From contig DF237108.1 in assembly GCA_000708835.1 (NCBI GenBank), positions 1 through 64,000 on the forward strand: a stretch of DNA of 64,000 nucleotides, read 5' to 3'. The translations under genes and the position numbers were made by a program. Below the pieces are notes generated by a model. That model did no database searches. It saw only the letters and a list, made by a program, of their open reading frames with translations, and was not told the origin of the DNA. Source of the DNA: Klebsormidium nitens. Taxonomy: Eukaryota > Plantae > Klebsormidiophyceae. Shown piece by piece: positions 25,901-37,600 of this stretch. Position 1 is the stretch's first letter, and each line of letters begins with the position of its first letter.

Positions 25901-26928
25901 ACAACATCATTGCAGGGTACGCAAGCACCCGAGTTACTTTGTGGGTGGGCAGATCAATTCCAAGGATTATGAGTTTCAATTTCTACATGCTTATCAGGAT
26001 GGACCCCCAATTTTGCGATTCAGATAAGGATTCACGTCTATTACTGGCAAACTGATTCTCTGAGGGCCTGATTCAATGCCTCTGTTGGGAACTGCTAACT
26101 CTCAACTTTGGTGAAGATATTCGGCATCTGCCGGCGACCTGTTTATCCCTGCAGCTGCCAGTTGAGATCGAGCTTTTCAAAATGGCAAAGAGTGGCTTGC
26201 CAGCGATGGCTTATCTGTTATATTTGTCAGACGATAATTCGCTGTGCGACACCACCCCAGTTTTCGGCAGCTTTTGACGGCCTTCGCCATGAAATGTCAT
26301 TCCCGGCACTGCTGACAGCATTCCCTATGAAAGTGATGAAACACTACATCAGCAACCTTGGACTTGAGTGCTGAACTGGCATGACAGGTACTCTTACTTC
26401 AAAACTGTACTTTTCAAACATACCACCATGAAAAGCAAGACGCAGAAATATACTCGACCACTCAAACCCCAGCCAGCCATCCTGAGAATCTAATGCAGGA
26501 CAGATCTTGCTTACTGGAAGAATGACAACTGGCCGGTACGCCTTTGAATCCTTCTTCTCTTGGCTTCCAGTAACAGCTTCCTCTCCTACTGCCGTTGCAG
26601 CAATGTGTCTTGTCCGCTGACCTGTCCCCTTTGCTTTCTGTGCAAACCATTGATAGAGTCGCTTCTCCTTAACCGCAATTGATCTCTTCCACGTCGGAGA
26701 AAGATGGTTGTACGAGCTGCCAAACACGTCCCTACTCAAAGCCTCCAAGCCGTTCTTCCAACCAGCGACTAGGGCTGACTTCTTGTTCAACGCACCAGCA
26801 TCAGATCTGGCAATCCGAACGGATTTATGGACCTGGTGGGCAGAAGGGCTCTTCGAACCTGCAGTCTGCATCTCTCTTTGTGGAATCCATGCCTGCTGAA
26901 AGTTGCCACTCAGTGTAGCGACTTCCAT
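22975..26928 (-). CDS. Alpha/beta-hydrolase of the PGAP1-like/lipase type conserved in plants and cyanobacteria, about 434 aa, probable organelle transit peptide, 5 exons
   Basis: Exons (minus) 26928-26515, 25790-25618, 25173-24886, 24202-23983, 23184-22975; total 1305 nt in frame. Motifs RPVVILPGLG, nucleophile LLAHSAGGWLARVY, LVSLGSPH, WGDGVVPEQSAHLEGA, GVYHSP give a Ser-Asp-His triad. The N-terminus is Ser/Ala/Arg-rich. Confidence 0.9.
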
Positions 26929-27264
26929 TGTTTCAGATCTTGCCAGAGCACGGGTGCCTAGCAATGCTGAGAAAGTTCAAGGAGCTTGCGAACAAAGAAG
27001 TCAGCGTGGATCATTCAAGGTTGGCAGGATGCAGTGCGACCGCGGCCAGGTGGTCGATTGCACTTGGAATGTCGGGCTGCCAACGCTAGCGCGCGCCTCA
27101 GGAACTTCTTGCCAGTTGCCCTAGCTGGCCTCTGGAGTGGAGTGGAGTGGAGTCAGCACAGGCAAATTCTACTAAGCTGCCGCCATTGTGGCGGCACTGA
27201 CGTCACCATTGGTCAGCTTTCGAACGCGTCCGCAAAGGTAGCAATATAGGTAGCCTCAGACTAA

Positions 27265-27772
27265 GGGCAGAAATACATTGGCCGCAGTTCAGTTGGATTT
27301 TCGAATTTTTTACAACTGAACTGCCGCTTACATTACACAGTTGCTCTCTTGATCAAGAACTGACGCAGTTATGCGGCCAATGCCCCCCGGTGAAATGAAC
27401 TTTCAGATCATATCTTCCGGAATCAACGGAACTGCGAGCTAGAGATCCAAAGGACCTCGGTGAGGTCCTTTGGAGGTCATTTCACAGTTCCTTGGACGAC
27501 CTTGGAGTCTTCCTGGCCACCGGTTTGCCTCCACGTAGGCGTACCGACCCCGAGAAGTGCAGACCGGCAGAATCGGTACGTACGGTTGAGCAATTTGAAA
27601 TTTGAAATTTGAAATTTGGCGCACCACAGCGCCAATGTTTCGGGGGGGTCACGCGGACTCAACTGCGGGGAAAACTGTTCAATGTAACCCGCAGTTCCGT
27701 TGGAAACTGGAAAACTGCGACAGTTGAAATCTAGCGATTTCCAACAGAACTGCGGCCAATGTATTTCTGTCC
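27265..27772. mobile_element. Non-autonomous PIF/Harbinger-type MITE, 508 bp
   Basis: TIRs GGGCAGAAATACATTGGCCGCAGTTCAGTTGGA (left) and the reverse complement of GGACAGAAATACATTGGCCGCAGTTCTGTTGGA (right). TAA flanks both ends (27262-27264, 27773-27775). There are internal AACTG(C) subterminal repeats and no ORF. An extra TIR fragment follows at about 27781-27815. Confidence 0.85.
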
Positions 27773-28679
27773 TAAGGTCCTACAGAAATACATTGGCCGC
27801 GCAGTTCTGTTAGGTGTACGCAGGTCCAAAAGGGTCCATCCAACGGTGAGCTGACACCTGTCCTTTTGAGAAGGAGACGGGTGCGCTCGGTACGTCCTGA
27901 TGCTGCCGTCGATAATGTAAGTCCCAGACCTCCCAGGGCATCTGAGCCGTTGAAGTTCTGCGCGCGTTATTTATGGCGTTTCAAGTTGAGATCGTCGCCC
28001 TAGCCGGTGGTGAAGAGCTTGTTCTGAGTTTCAAAAGCCCCGAGCACCTCAACCACAATTCTAACCCACGATCTGCTCCGCACCCTACCACCAGATCAAA
28101 CCTACCCGTCCCCCGGCTGCTTGCAAGCACAAGTTCGGGAACGAAGCCCCATTAAATTATAAAATTAGGCTTTGGTCCATTCAGCAAGGAAGCAAGGGCC
28201 CCAAGTATGGCAGTGGCAAAGGAGGTCTCCGGATAAATCAGCCAGCCATATGTTACCAGCGTAATAAATGAGCTGCGCTGAGGGCTCTTGGTTTTACCTA
28301 GAAAATGCAGGGCCTTCAACCAGCTTCACCTAAAGCCCGCATGAGCTGAACGTCTGGTCCGCCTTTCAATTGCAATTGAGAGGCTTGAGAGCTCTGAAAA
28401 AAGGCAATTGCCGGTAAAGCTTGAAACCGTCAAGGGACCCCTTGCTAAAGTCTCTTCATAAGCTCAGCTAAGAACGTCAACGAAATGCGGCAGAGTACTT
28501 ACGAGCTAGCTAGTGTATGGAGAAAACGAGTCAAAATATGCCTTGCTTAGCTAGAAACTTCTCATCCAACGGCCTAAACAGCAAACTTAAAAGCCCGCAG
28601 CTCTGAGCAATTGTTGATCTGGCAATAAAGCGTACCGAGCTGATACAAACCGTCATCAAGTCCCGGTGGAGAATCTGAC

Positions 28680-31600
28680 ATGGCTAAGTTGCTCGTGCCT
28701 CTCTGCCTGGCGTTGCTGCTCCTGGGTGCACAGCCTGTGCAGGGGGATATTTACATGCACAACCCCCGGGGGTCAAACAATAAGCTCAATGAGGTACGTG
28801 AAAGTCTACCTTTGGAACAACCCAGGGCACCTCTCGCTTATCCCTTAGTGTAATGAAAGATTACACTCTTTTGGGGAGGTTCTTGTTACCACTTTGTTGA
28901 TCAGCGAGCAGCACAATGCAGGTGGTCTGGTTTGCATCCTTGTGGTTCAGCGGGGCACTTGTTTTTCTGCGGTGGTAAAGCACAGGGTTTCTTGACCATA
29001 GTCGGTCACGGGCTGGTTTGAAGCTGGTCAACTGTCTAATGACCAGACTCGAGCAGTGGCCAGAATTCTAACATGGTCATAACGCGGTTACTGGTAAAAG
29101 AACCGGACTGAAAATTGGTTAGTGAACATGGTTAGCAGCCAAACCTTCATGTGAAGCTGAGGTCTTGCACTGAATCTGACTGGACCAGAAGTCGGACAAG
29201 CTCTGATGCCCCGGCCACTAATGGCATCGCCCCATTGTAGCAAAGCATACTGTGCAAAGGACCGCGAGTTTAAAGGAGATTCTGAAGAGCAGCATTCTAG
29301 TTCTACAATCTGAGTCGCAAATGGAATGGTGCAAAAGCACTGAGCCTGCAGCAATGGAAGTTTCCAGAGTCTGACGCGTTTACTGTCCTGTCAGACTTGA
29401 GCCTTAGGGGCAGACAACGGGGATTTTCTGCTTGTGCCGTGTGATTGCGACATCCACCAATGACACCACCTATCATGCAATTGCAAGCGGACTGGTACAA
29501 GTTTCTGACCCCTCGTTTCCAACCCTGCCCTCAGCAATCCAACACCCGGAACAACGCCAACCGGTTATTTGACAGCCAAAACAACGATAATGGGGGGTAC
29601 CAAGTCGGCGACAACTGTCAGCCTGTGTGTCAAAATGCGAACCAGCAGTATGACAGCCAGAAACCTGGAGCGGGGAAAGGAACGATGTACTATTACGCAG
29701 GGTCGGAGCTATCCTTAGAGTGGACAAACCAGCACGCTTGCGCGCCGGAGAATCTGGGGCCCAACACGCGGTGTGACATCATTATCCAGGTGAGCAGGGT
29801 TGGGCCAAGTGGGGCTCATTTCTTCTGGTCACACAAGGACAAGACTTTTTTTGTCTGGGGCGCTTTGAGCATTGATAATGCTCCCTGTTTCTTGGGGGCG
29901 ATATCTGGCTGCGGTGAAAGAACAGAACCGTTCGTCCACCATGTCAAAAGCGGGTATCCTTTTTCGCATCTCCATCACTCTGGGAGCACATGATCTGCTT
30001 GTTTCAAACGGCAATACACTGGCCTGGGCACCGACAATCTCCAGTGCTTACTTCAAATCCAGCTCGATCAACTCGTCCGCTATCACGTACAACCTCTCCA
30101 CTGCTAGAGTTATGTCAGTAATGCAACCCAATCCGCAAAAACGTCTTCAAAGTAGCCCACTTGCGCTCACTCCCGCTTTATTTGAAAGCAATCCTCCTTC
30201 TTAACCCACAGTATGCTTGCGACTCGACCCCCGCTGACAACAGCACGCTCCGGGACGGAACCAAAACGACTACCATCACTGCCACGTCAGCGGGTGACGT
30301 GGACCCCTCCTCTGGTCGCCACGAGTCGTTCCAGTATTACAGTGACTGCCGGGCCAGGCAGCGGAACCGGGGCCTATTCACAGCGGACCGTAACATGCGG
30401 GATGACATCGGCGCGACGTCGACGAGGCAGAACGAGAATGGCAACAGGTGGGCTGCCCGGAAATCAGACGTTTCGGAGATCATATTTTAATGCAAATATG
30501 CCCAAATCATGAAGGCAAGCGGCGGGACATGTGAGTCGCCCTTTTCTTACTTCCTTTGTCTATTTCCCTTCAAAAGGACCCGTTCTTGAACCTTCCTTCG
30601 CCATCCCTTCTTGTCCAATGAGTCGGAGAAGCATCCGGACCATAAGCGTCCCTGCAGAAAGATAACGCTTCTCACACATCTCGTTCTTACACCCTCCCTC
30701 TTGTGAATCTCGCCAGCCTTCTTCCCAAAGATTTTGACTTTAAGGCGGGCGATGAGGGCCGTGCCATTCTATGTCGATGCCTCTCCTTACAAAAGTCATG
30801 ATACTTCTCGATGACGCCGTTCCTGTCCCGTTATTAGATTAACCCCGCATGCCAACCTTTTTAACCCGGCAGAAGACATCTCGATTCTGCGTTGCCTTGA
30901 GCGTATGTTGCGCGAGATCATTTCCCTGGGCTCAACAGATCAACATCCTAGATCCAACATTGACATGCTCCGCACCCGTACCCACCCTAAATCTCCAAAT
31001 CAAACCCACTCGTCTCCCGAGCGTCATCTAACCCAACATAGCCCTAAAGGAAACATAAGATTGGTGCTATTTTCTGCAGGTACGGCTTCGAGTGTCCGGA
31101 GGAGCGTGACTACTACCCGTACTGGCACCCAACCATGTGGAACGACGCGGCGGTGCTGACGTCAGACACCACCCGGTGTCCGTACTACGCGCGGGAGAGC
31201 GAGAACGTCAAGGGCAGAGGTGAGAGCATCTGAGACCGTTTTTATGCCGCTGCCTGCAGGTCAAGATTCCATGTGAGCATTTAACAGAGGTTTCCTGATG
31301 CCGCCTGTCCCTTGGATCGCCCATCTCAACCGCTTGTTCGGCCGCAAACCTTGGTAGAATTTGGCAGCTCGATGTGTTTTCTCTGTGGCTACTGCCACGA
31401 TCTCGAAGCGTGCACGTCATGAGTTGGGTATATGCTCCCAAGCCTGCCTTTAGGAGGTGCCGACTTTGACTGTTGACATCAATAGAAATTGCTGATTTGT
31501 GCTACCCGCCACAGATTTGAAGAATGCGACTCACGAAGCAGGATAGGCTCCCAGCCGACCTTCTGACGGAGTTGTCAGCTTTGCCTATCGACATGGTGAC

Positions 31601-34600
31601 TTTGGAAACCCTGCAATTGAACCACGACTGAAAAGCATGTGAGTGATCAGGCAGGACTAGGCTCAAGCCGACCACTCAACCAAGCTGCTGATTCTGACTC
31701 TCAACCAAGCGACGAACACGTTCATCTCTGCTCTCAGGTTTCTGCTCGCTTCCTCAGTACAACAACCAGGCCGCCTGCGAAGGCGGCACGGCAGGCGGCA
31801 CCTGGACTCAAACGTCGCCGCGAAAGTTGCCGCCCCCTTTCTGCGGCCCGGTGCCCATCTCCCGGGACAACCACCTGGGAGACGTCGTCGGGGGAAGCAT
31901 GGCCAGCTACAATTGGACGCTGCCAAACCCGCCCCCCGGTCTCACGGTACGGACCGGTTGATGGCTCCGCTTGCTTAGCCTTCGCTCCTTGATGCTTGCT
32001 GTCTTCGTACCTAGCGCTTCCACCTCAGGAATCGGTGCTCTTCGCAGCCATTTGGTGTGCCGCGCTTCCTGTGTTTAGAAAGGACGAAACAGGGTGGGAG
32101 ATGTGACGTATATGCGACGTGAGTGTAGACGTAGTTTCAACCCTGGCTTCAGCGCGCGAGGTCCTCTCTCTCGCCCAGTTCCGCTTCCGGGTCCGTGCCG
32201 CGCTTCCGCTCGCTCTCCGCTCTGTTGCAAGAAAACGTTCTTTTGTCTTTTCGCATATCCCGTCTCGGCTGTCGAAGCAACGTTTTTGAGCAAATGTTCT
32301 GAGCGGAGACTCTATGTCAAAGCGACACGCTACCTCTGCAGGCTGCCACGTGTGTCCTCCGCATTCGCTACAACATCACGACGACCGACTTCACCGCCTG
32401 GCCGGTGGGCCGATTGGATGGCGTAGACTCGCGAAACAACAATGATCGGAGCCCGGTTACCAATAACCCGGAGAAAGACTACCTCGGGTTAGGGTACAAC
32501 AAAACAGGCCCATTGAGACTAGGTAAGAGTCAGCGTCCCTTGTTATCGATAACCAGGGGGGAACTTCAATGCTAACCCTCCTTGCTTGAATTGCGGGAAA
32601 AGGTATTTTGTGGCCCAGGGGTTGGAACTGGCTGGGAAGCTACGAGCTCCCATTCTGCGGCCCTTTTCATGCAGTGCGCTTCTGGGATCAGCTGTAAAAC
32701 GAGAAGCGATAACGGTTTCGGTTGACGACGTTCTCAGCTCCGTTCTACATGACGGCACAGGCTCACAGAATCACTTCGTTTGTCTCTGCCTCTCTGAGAT
32801 GAAGGGCCGACTCAATGTAAGCCTAGTTGAGCAAGCGAGGGTTCACAACGTCAGCTTAGAGACAGGCGTCGTATCGAAATATTCCTAACCCTTCTGTTTT
32901 ATCTTAAAAACGTGCCCTTCCGTTCTCGCAGCGATGAACACCGCCCAGTTCGGACGGACCTTCCAGGACCGGTCGCACGTGTGGGTCCTCAAGTCGCGCC
33001 CCGCTGACGTCGACGATGACACGCGCATCATCAACGTTAACGTCAGAGGTAGGAGGGGGAACATTGTACAGGTGAGGTTCTTGTTCGAACGTCTTTTGAT
33101 ACTTAGATGCTCACCTTTGACACCCGTTTCGTGTCGCATTTTATAAGCAGATTTGGCGAATGGTAAAATGCAGGAACACGAAGCTTCCTTAGGAAAACTT
33201 CCTTGAAGCTCAAAACCTTTTGCAGCATGCTGATCAGCGTCTCTGGCGATCATGGAACGACTGCCGCACCCTTTCCAGAATCGGAGTGAATTTTCAAGCT
33301 TGTCATACGCGCATTCAGCCGTCAAATCCTCTGCATTTGACCTGCAGGTGTACCCTTCCGTTGAGTACGACTTCGTGCCGACGCGCTTCCACGCGGGTGT
33401 GGGCGACCTGCTACATATACAGTGGACTGGCTCGGACGCCAATAGCCAGGGGAACAATGGAAACGTACGTCCGTAGCTGGGCCTTAAGAATCCTCACACC
33501 TTTTCAGATTCTGTATGGAAGTCTTGGCTTACGAACGTATCAGAAAGAAGCGCGCGGCTTCGTGCTTCGCTGTCCGATCTCATCCCCCTAGAACCGCCCG
33601 AGACGTAGTAAATGTACAAGAGGGCACAGTGACGTCAAAGTGCCGGAGTCAGAGGACAGACTGACTTCAGCGGATTTGTATACAGCGGTTACTAGATTGG
33701 AAACGTACCTCGATGCTGACATCATGATGTCATAAACGCAGGGCCGGACGTCGACGGACCGCAGCAACCTGGTCCAGATCGCGTCCGCGGCCGCGAACGT
33801 GCCGCTGTCCGCGGCGTCCAACACGCTGCTGCTCGCGCGCAACGGGAGCGCGGACCCCGCGGCGCTCGCGCGCTTCGCGTACCTCAACCAGACGGGGTGC
33901 AACGCGGGGGAGACGGACCAGAACGCGCTGGACAACTGCAAGGTCAGGAAAAGGTTTGGAAAGGTTACGGATAACCAGCTAACCTTTAAAGTTCAGATTC
34001 GGACGAGACTCAAAGTTTTTGGTGTGGAGTCCTCGTAAGGCTGCGATGATCCAGCAGAGTTCAAACTTCGTGAGCTGCTTAGGGTAACAGTATCAGAAAA
34101 TGAAGTGCTCAGTATCGAGACTTCTAAGTTTCTTAGCTACTGTGTATGACCAATAGAGACCCATTGATTTGGCGGAGTCTTGGAGACACGTATGCAGCAC
34201 TGCTACCTTTTCGTCCACCTGCGCTCGTAATTTGAGTAGACCTTCCGCCAAAGAAAAGCCTTCTTGAGCTCAGTCTTACAACTGCATAACCCACTGCTGC
34301 GCCAGGTCCTAAACGCGGCCCCCGCATATTTCGACGGCGGCCTGGTGGAGCTGCGCGCTCAGGGCACCATGCACTTCATGTCGACCCGGAACAACGCCTT
34401 CTCCAACCGGTCACAAAAGTTGACCGTTATCGTCGGCCCGGGGAAAAGAAAACCCAATCTACCCGCCATAATCATTGGGTCAGTGGTCGGGTTACTGGTA
34501 GTTGCAACCGGGGTGTTCTTGCTGGCGGCGTTTTGGGTCGGGGCGGAGGCCGGGGGAGGGGTCGGATTGGGCTCAGCGATCATCATCGCTAGGTAAGCTA

Positions 34601-37600
34601 GACATTAGGACAACGGAGAAATTCGCACTTCGATTTTGCTCCAGCGGGTATAACCTTTTCAAGGCAGGGCAACCGAGATTGAAACTTACGAAACAGGGGC
34701 GATTGAAGGACAAGCAGGTATCTTGTACAAAACCTGATGGGTTTTTGAAACCTTGAGATGTGAGCCCAGGAATTCTTTGAGATAGAAATGTCAATCTGAG
34801 ATTCGCGCCGGTTATCTTCGCAGCTGTGAGAAGGGTTGGCTGGGGCCTCGGTCACGCACTCTATCATCGTGCCTGTTTCATGTGAGGCTCTGGAATTGTT
34901 TTGAAGCATCACAGCAGAAGGGACATATCCGTCTTCGTCACACAACAAGCGGAACCCCTAAGATCTCCCCACATGAAGCATCTGAAATATGAATTTGCTG
35001 AAGGCTCTCTTATGGTGCTTTCGCACCAAAAGTGTGAAAACGGACAGCTATACAACCAAGAATCGAACCAATCCCAAGGTGCCACGTGCCGTGCAGGACG
35101 AAGCGGCGGCTCTTCTTCTGGAGACGGCCCCCAGTGCACTCGCTTGTCACCTCGGCAGCAGCTCCAGGTTCGCCTTTTTTTGCCCACCTCTAGTTTGTTG
35201 CCTCTCCGCACCATTTGTCGTCTCTACGCGCTGTGTCATGATTTCTTCCGCTTTGAAATGGCAAACCGAGCTCGGGCCGTGTTAGACTATCTTGGCAGTG
35301 ACTCAAATTGGGGGCCGTAAGTGAGTAAGTTGATAAGGTGTCCGGCATTAGTTTATCCGCTGAAAAAGCTGCTGAAATTGTGCTGGAAACGGTGGTTAAC
35401 CGGCTTTCAGTTTGCATTTTACAGAAACGTTTGCAGCGCCTCACTTTACCAAAAGAATGATAACAGTGAACAGCAAAGATCGTGTTACAGGCCAGTGCTG
35501 CTTCACACCGGCAGGTTTTGCGGATGATTTACGGAACGGTCAACGAGATCCAGGAAGACAAGTTGAACCTAATCTTGTGGTTTCCAAGTCTCTGATGTGC
35601 CAGCTTCGCTCCAAGGAACGTTGTTTGGAGCACTCTTGAACTTCTACTTCGGACAGGTCAAACCCGCCTTTTCTCATCCTCGCCCAGTGCCGTTAGGAGC
35701 GAGTCAAACGGATTGGTGCTCGCTGTCCCCACTCCGCAACATGTGCTTCAACAGTGCCCATCTAGAGACATAGGAGGAGGAGATCCCAGAAATAACCGAC
35801 TTCTTAAACACCCATCTGCAGATTCACCGGGCGCAATTACGACCGGGCCAAACGGCATGGTGCTTTCCGTTCCCACGCCTCCCGACACCCCGGTGAGAAA
35901 AGGCGCCCCCGGCGGACTAACCGGCCACTCAGGCCCGTATAACCCGCTGGTTACATGGTGGGTTAACCTCGGCCGGGGAAACCGGTTCCTGGGCATCTAC
36001 GGAACGCTGACGGCCGCGGCCGCTCTCGACGGGTGAGCGGCGCTTTGGAGGCTCAGGGTTCTGGGATTTCAGGGTTCTGGGGTTTCAGGGTTTCGGGGTT
36101 TTTGGGTTTTTGGGTTTCCGATTTTCTTTAAAGAAGAAGCATCGTTTGATTGGAAGATAGAAGGGCTGTCATCCCAAGGCCTTAAACAATGTGAGGGACT
36201 GACCTTTTGTCGGTCTCGAGCCTCGAGTTCGTTATGTGACAACTTTGGGTGAGACTTAATTCGCATCCCTTTGAGTATTGATCGTGCGCAGATTTCAGAG
36301 CAATTACCCACGAAATTTGAAGGCCTCGTGGTTCAGTACAGAATCTAATTCGGTCCGCTTATATCTGCTTGTATGAGTCCACAAGTTCTTTCGGTAAAAG
36401 AAAGCTGTTTGGACATTAGTGGTTTGGCTTTGCTTTAAAATGCAGGTTCATCACAAACGTCAGCCGCCTGTCCGGCCCGGCGGGGGCGTTCTTCCCACTT
36501 GCCAAAGCAGGAGGATACATGTGAGGAGCAATCCGCCGCTAACCTCTGAATGATTCAGAAGCTGAGGCAGAAACTTAGGCTCAGAAGGTAAACAGTCCAT
36601 TGAAGCTTTTTGCGGAGGCCGTTGTTCCATGTCTATGTTTGTACGTCTTACGAACAGACTTGTACGAGAATAGTAGCTCAGTCAACGGGACTATGTTGTT
36701 AGATTCTACCCGTCAGCCTCCCGTATGGGCTCATCGAAGTCCTAGGATCCGACACAAATCATCCGGATTGTCGTCCCAGTTGTGACTGTTATCTCTCCTC
36801 TGAGTAAACGACCAGAAACCTATGCGATTCATCTGTGAGACATTCTTTGGGCTTTGCCTGCAGGCTGGACTTCAACTGCACGCTGATTCTGTTCCCCATG
36901 ATGCGCAACATCATGAGCTGGCTGCGGACGACGCCGCTGTCCGAATGGGTCCCGCTGGACGAACACATCACCTTCCACACGCTGGTGAGCCGCAGCATTC
37001 GATGGCGAAGAAAATATAGTCGAAGCTGACGCACGTTCTGCAACATTGTCGAAACATGGAGTTTTCGGTGGTTCAGAGTGGTTTTGAGTGACGAACATAG
37101 TGTATGTCACAAGCTGGTGATCCGCGGCATTCGCCGCCGGAAAAAATGCATTGAATAATCCAGAAGCTATCTTTACCATATTGTCGAACACATGATGACC
37201 TTCGGTGTGAAGTTGTGGTCCTCTGAGCGAACACGTGATACACTTCGGATCGGACAGCGGACAGAGCGGGGACAATGAGAAACAGTCTTCGCAGGATCGG
37301 AGTTGGGGACACTGTTGGAAAGGTGGTCACTGACGTAAGGCAGGGCTTCAATTGGATCCAACCGTCGATGGTCTCGAGGAACTCAATCTGACGGTTCGAA
37401 TGACACCCTAGGTGGAACCTGCAGAGGTTGTGCCTCGCAGCACAGCTTAGAAGCCAGATCTTGCATTCTAGTGAGCATCTAGGGCTGAGAGCACCGCCGT
37501 GGCACCAAATACCGACACCGACACCGTCCAACAGCGTCCCTGCTTCCGGTTAGCGAAGACAACTGTTCCTTGTCCCCGCTCGGAAAGTTAAAGATGAGCG

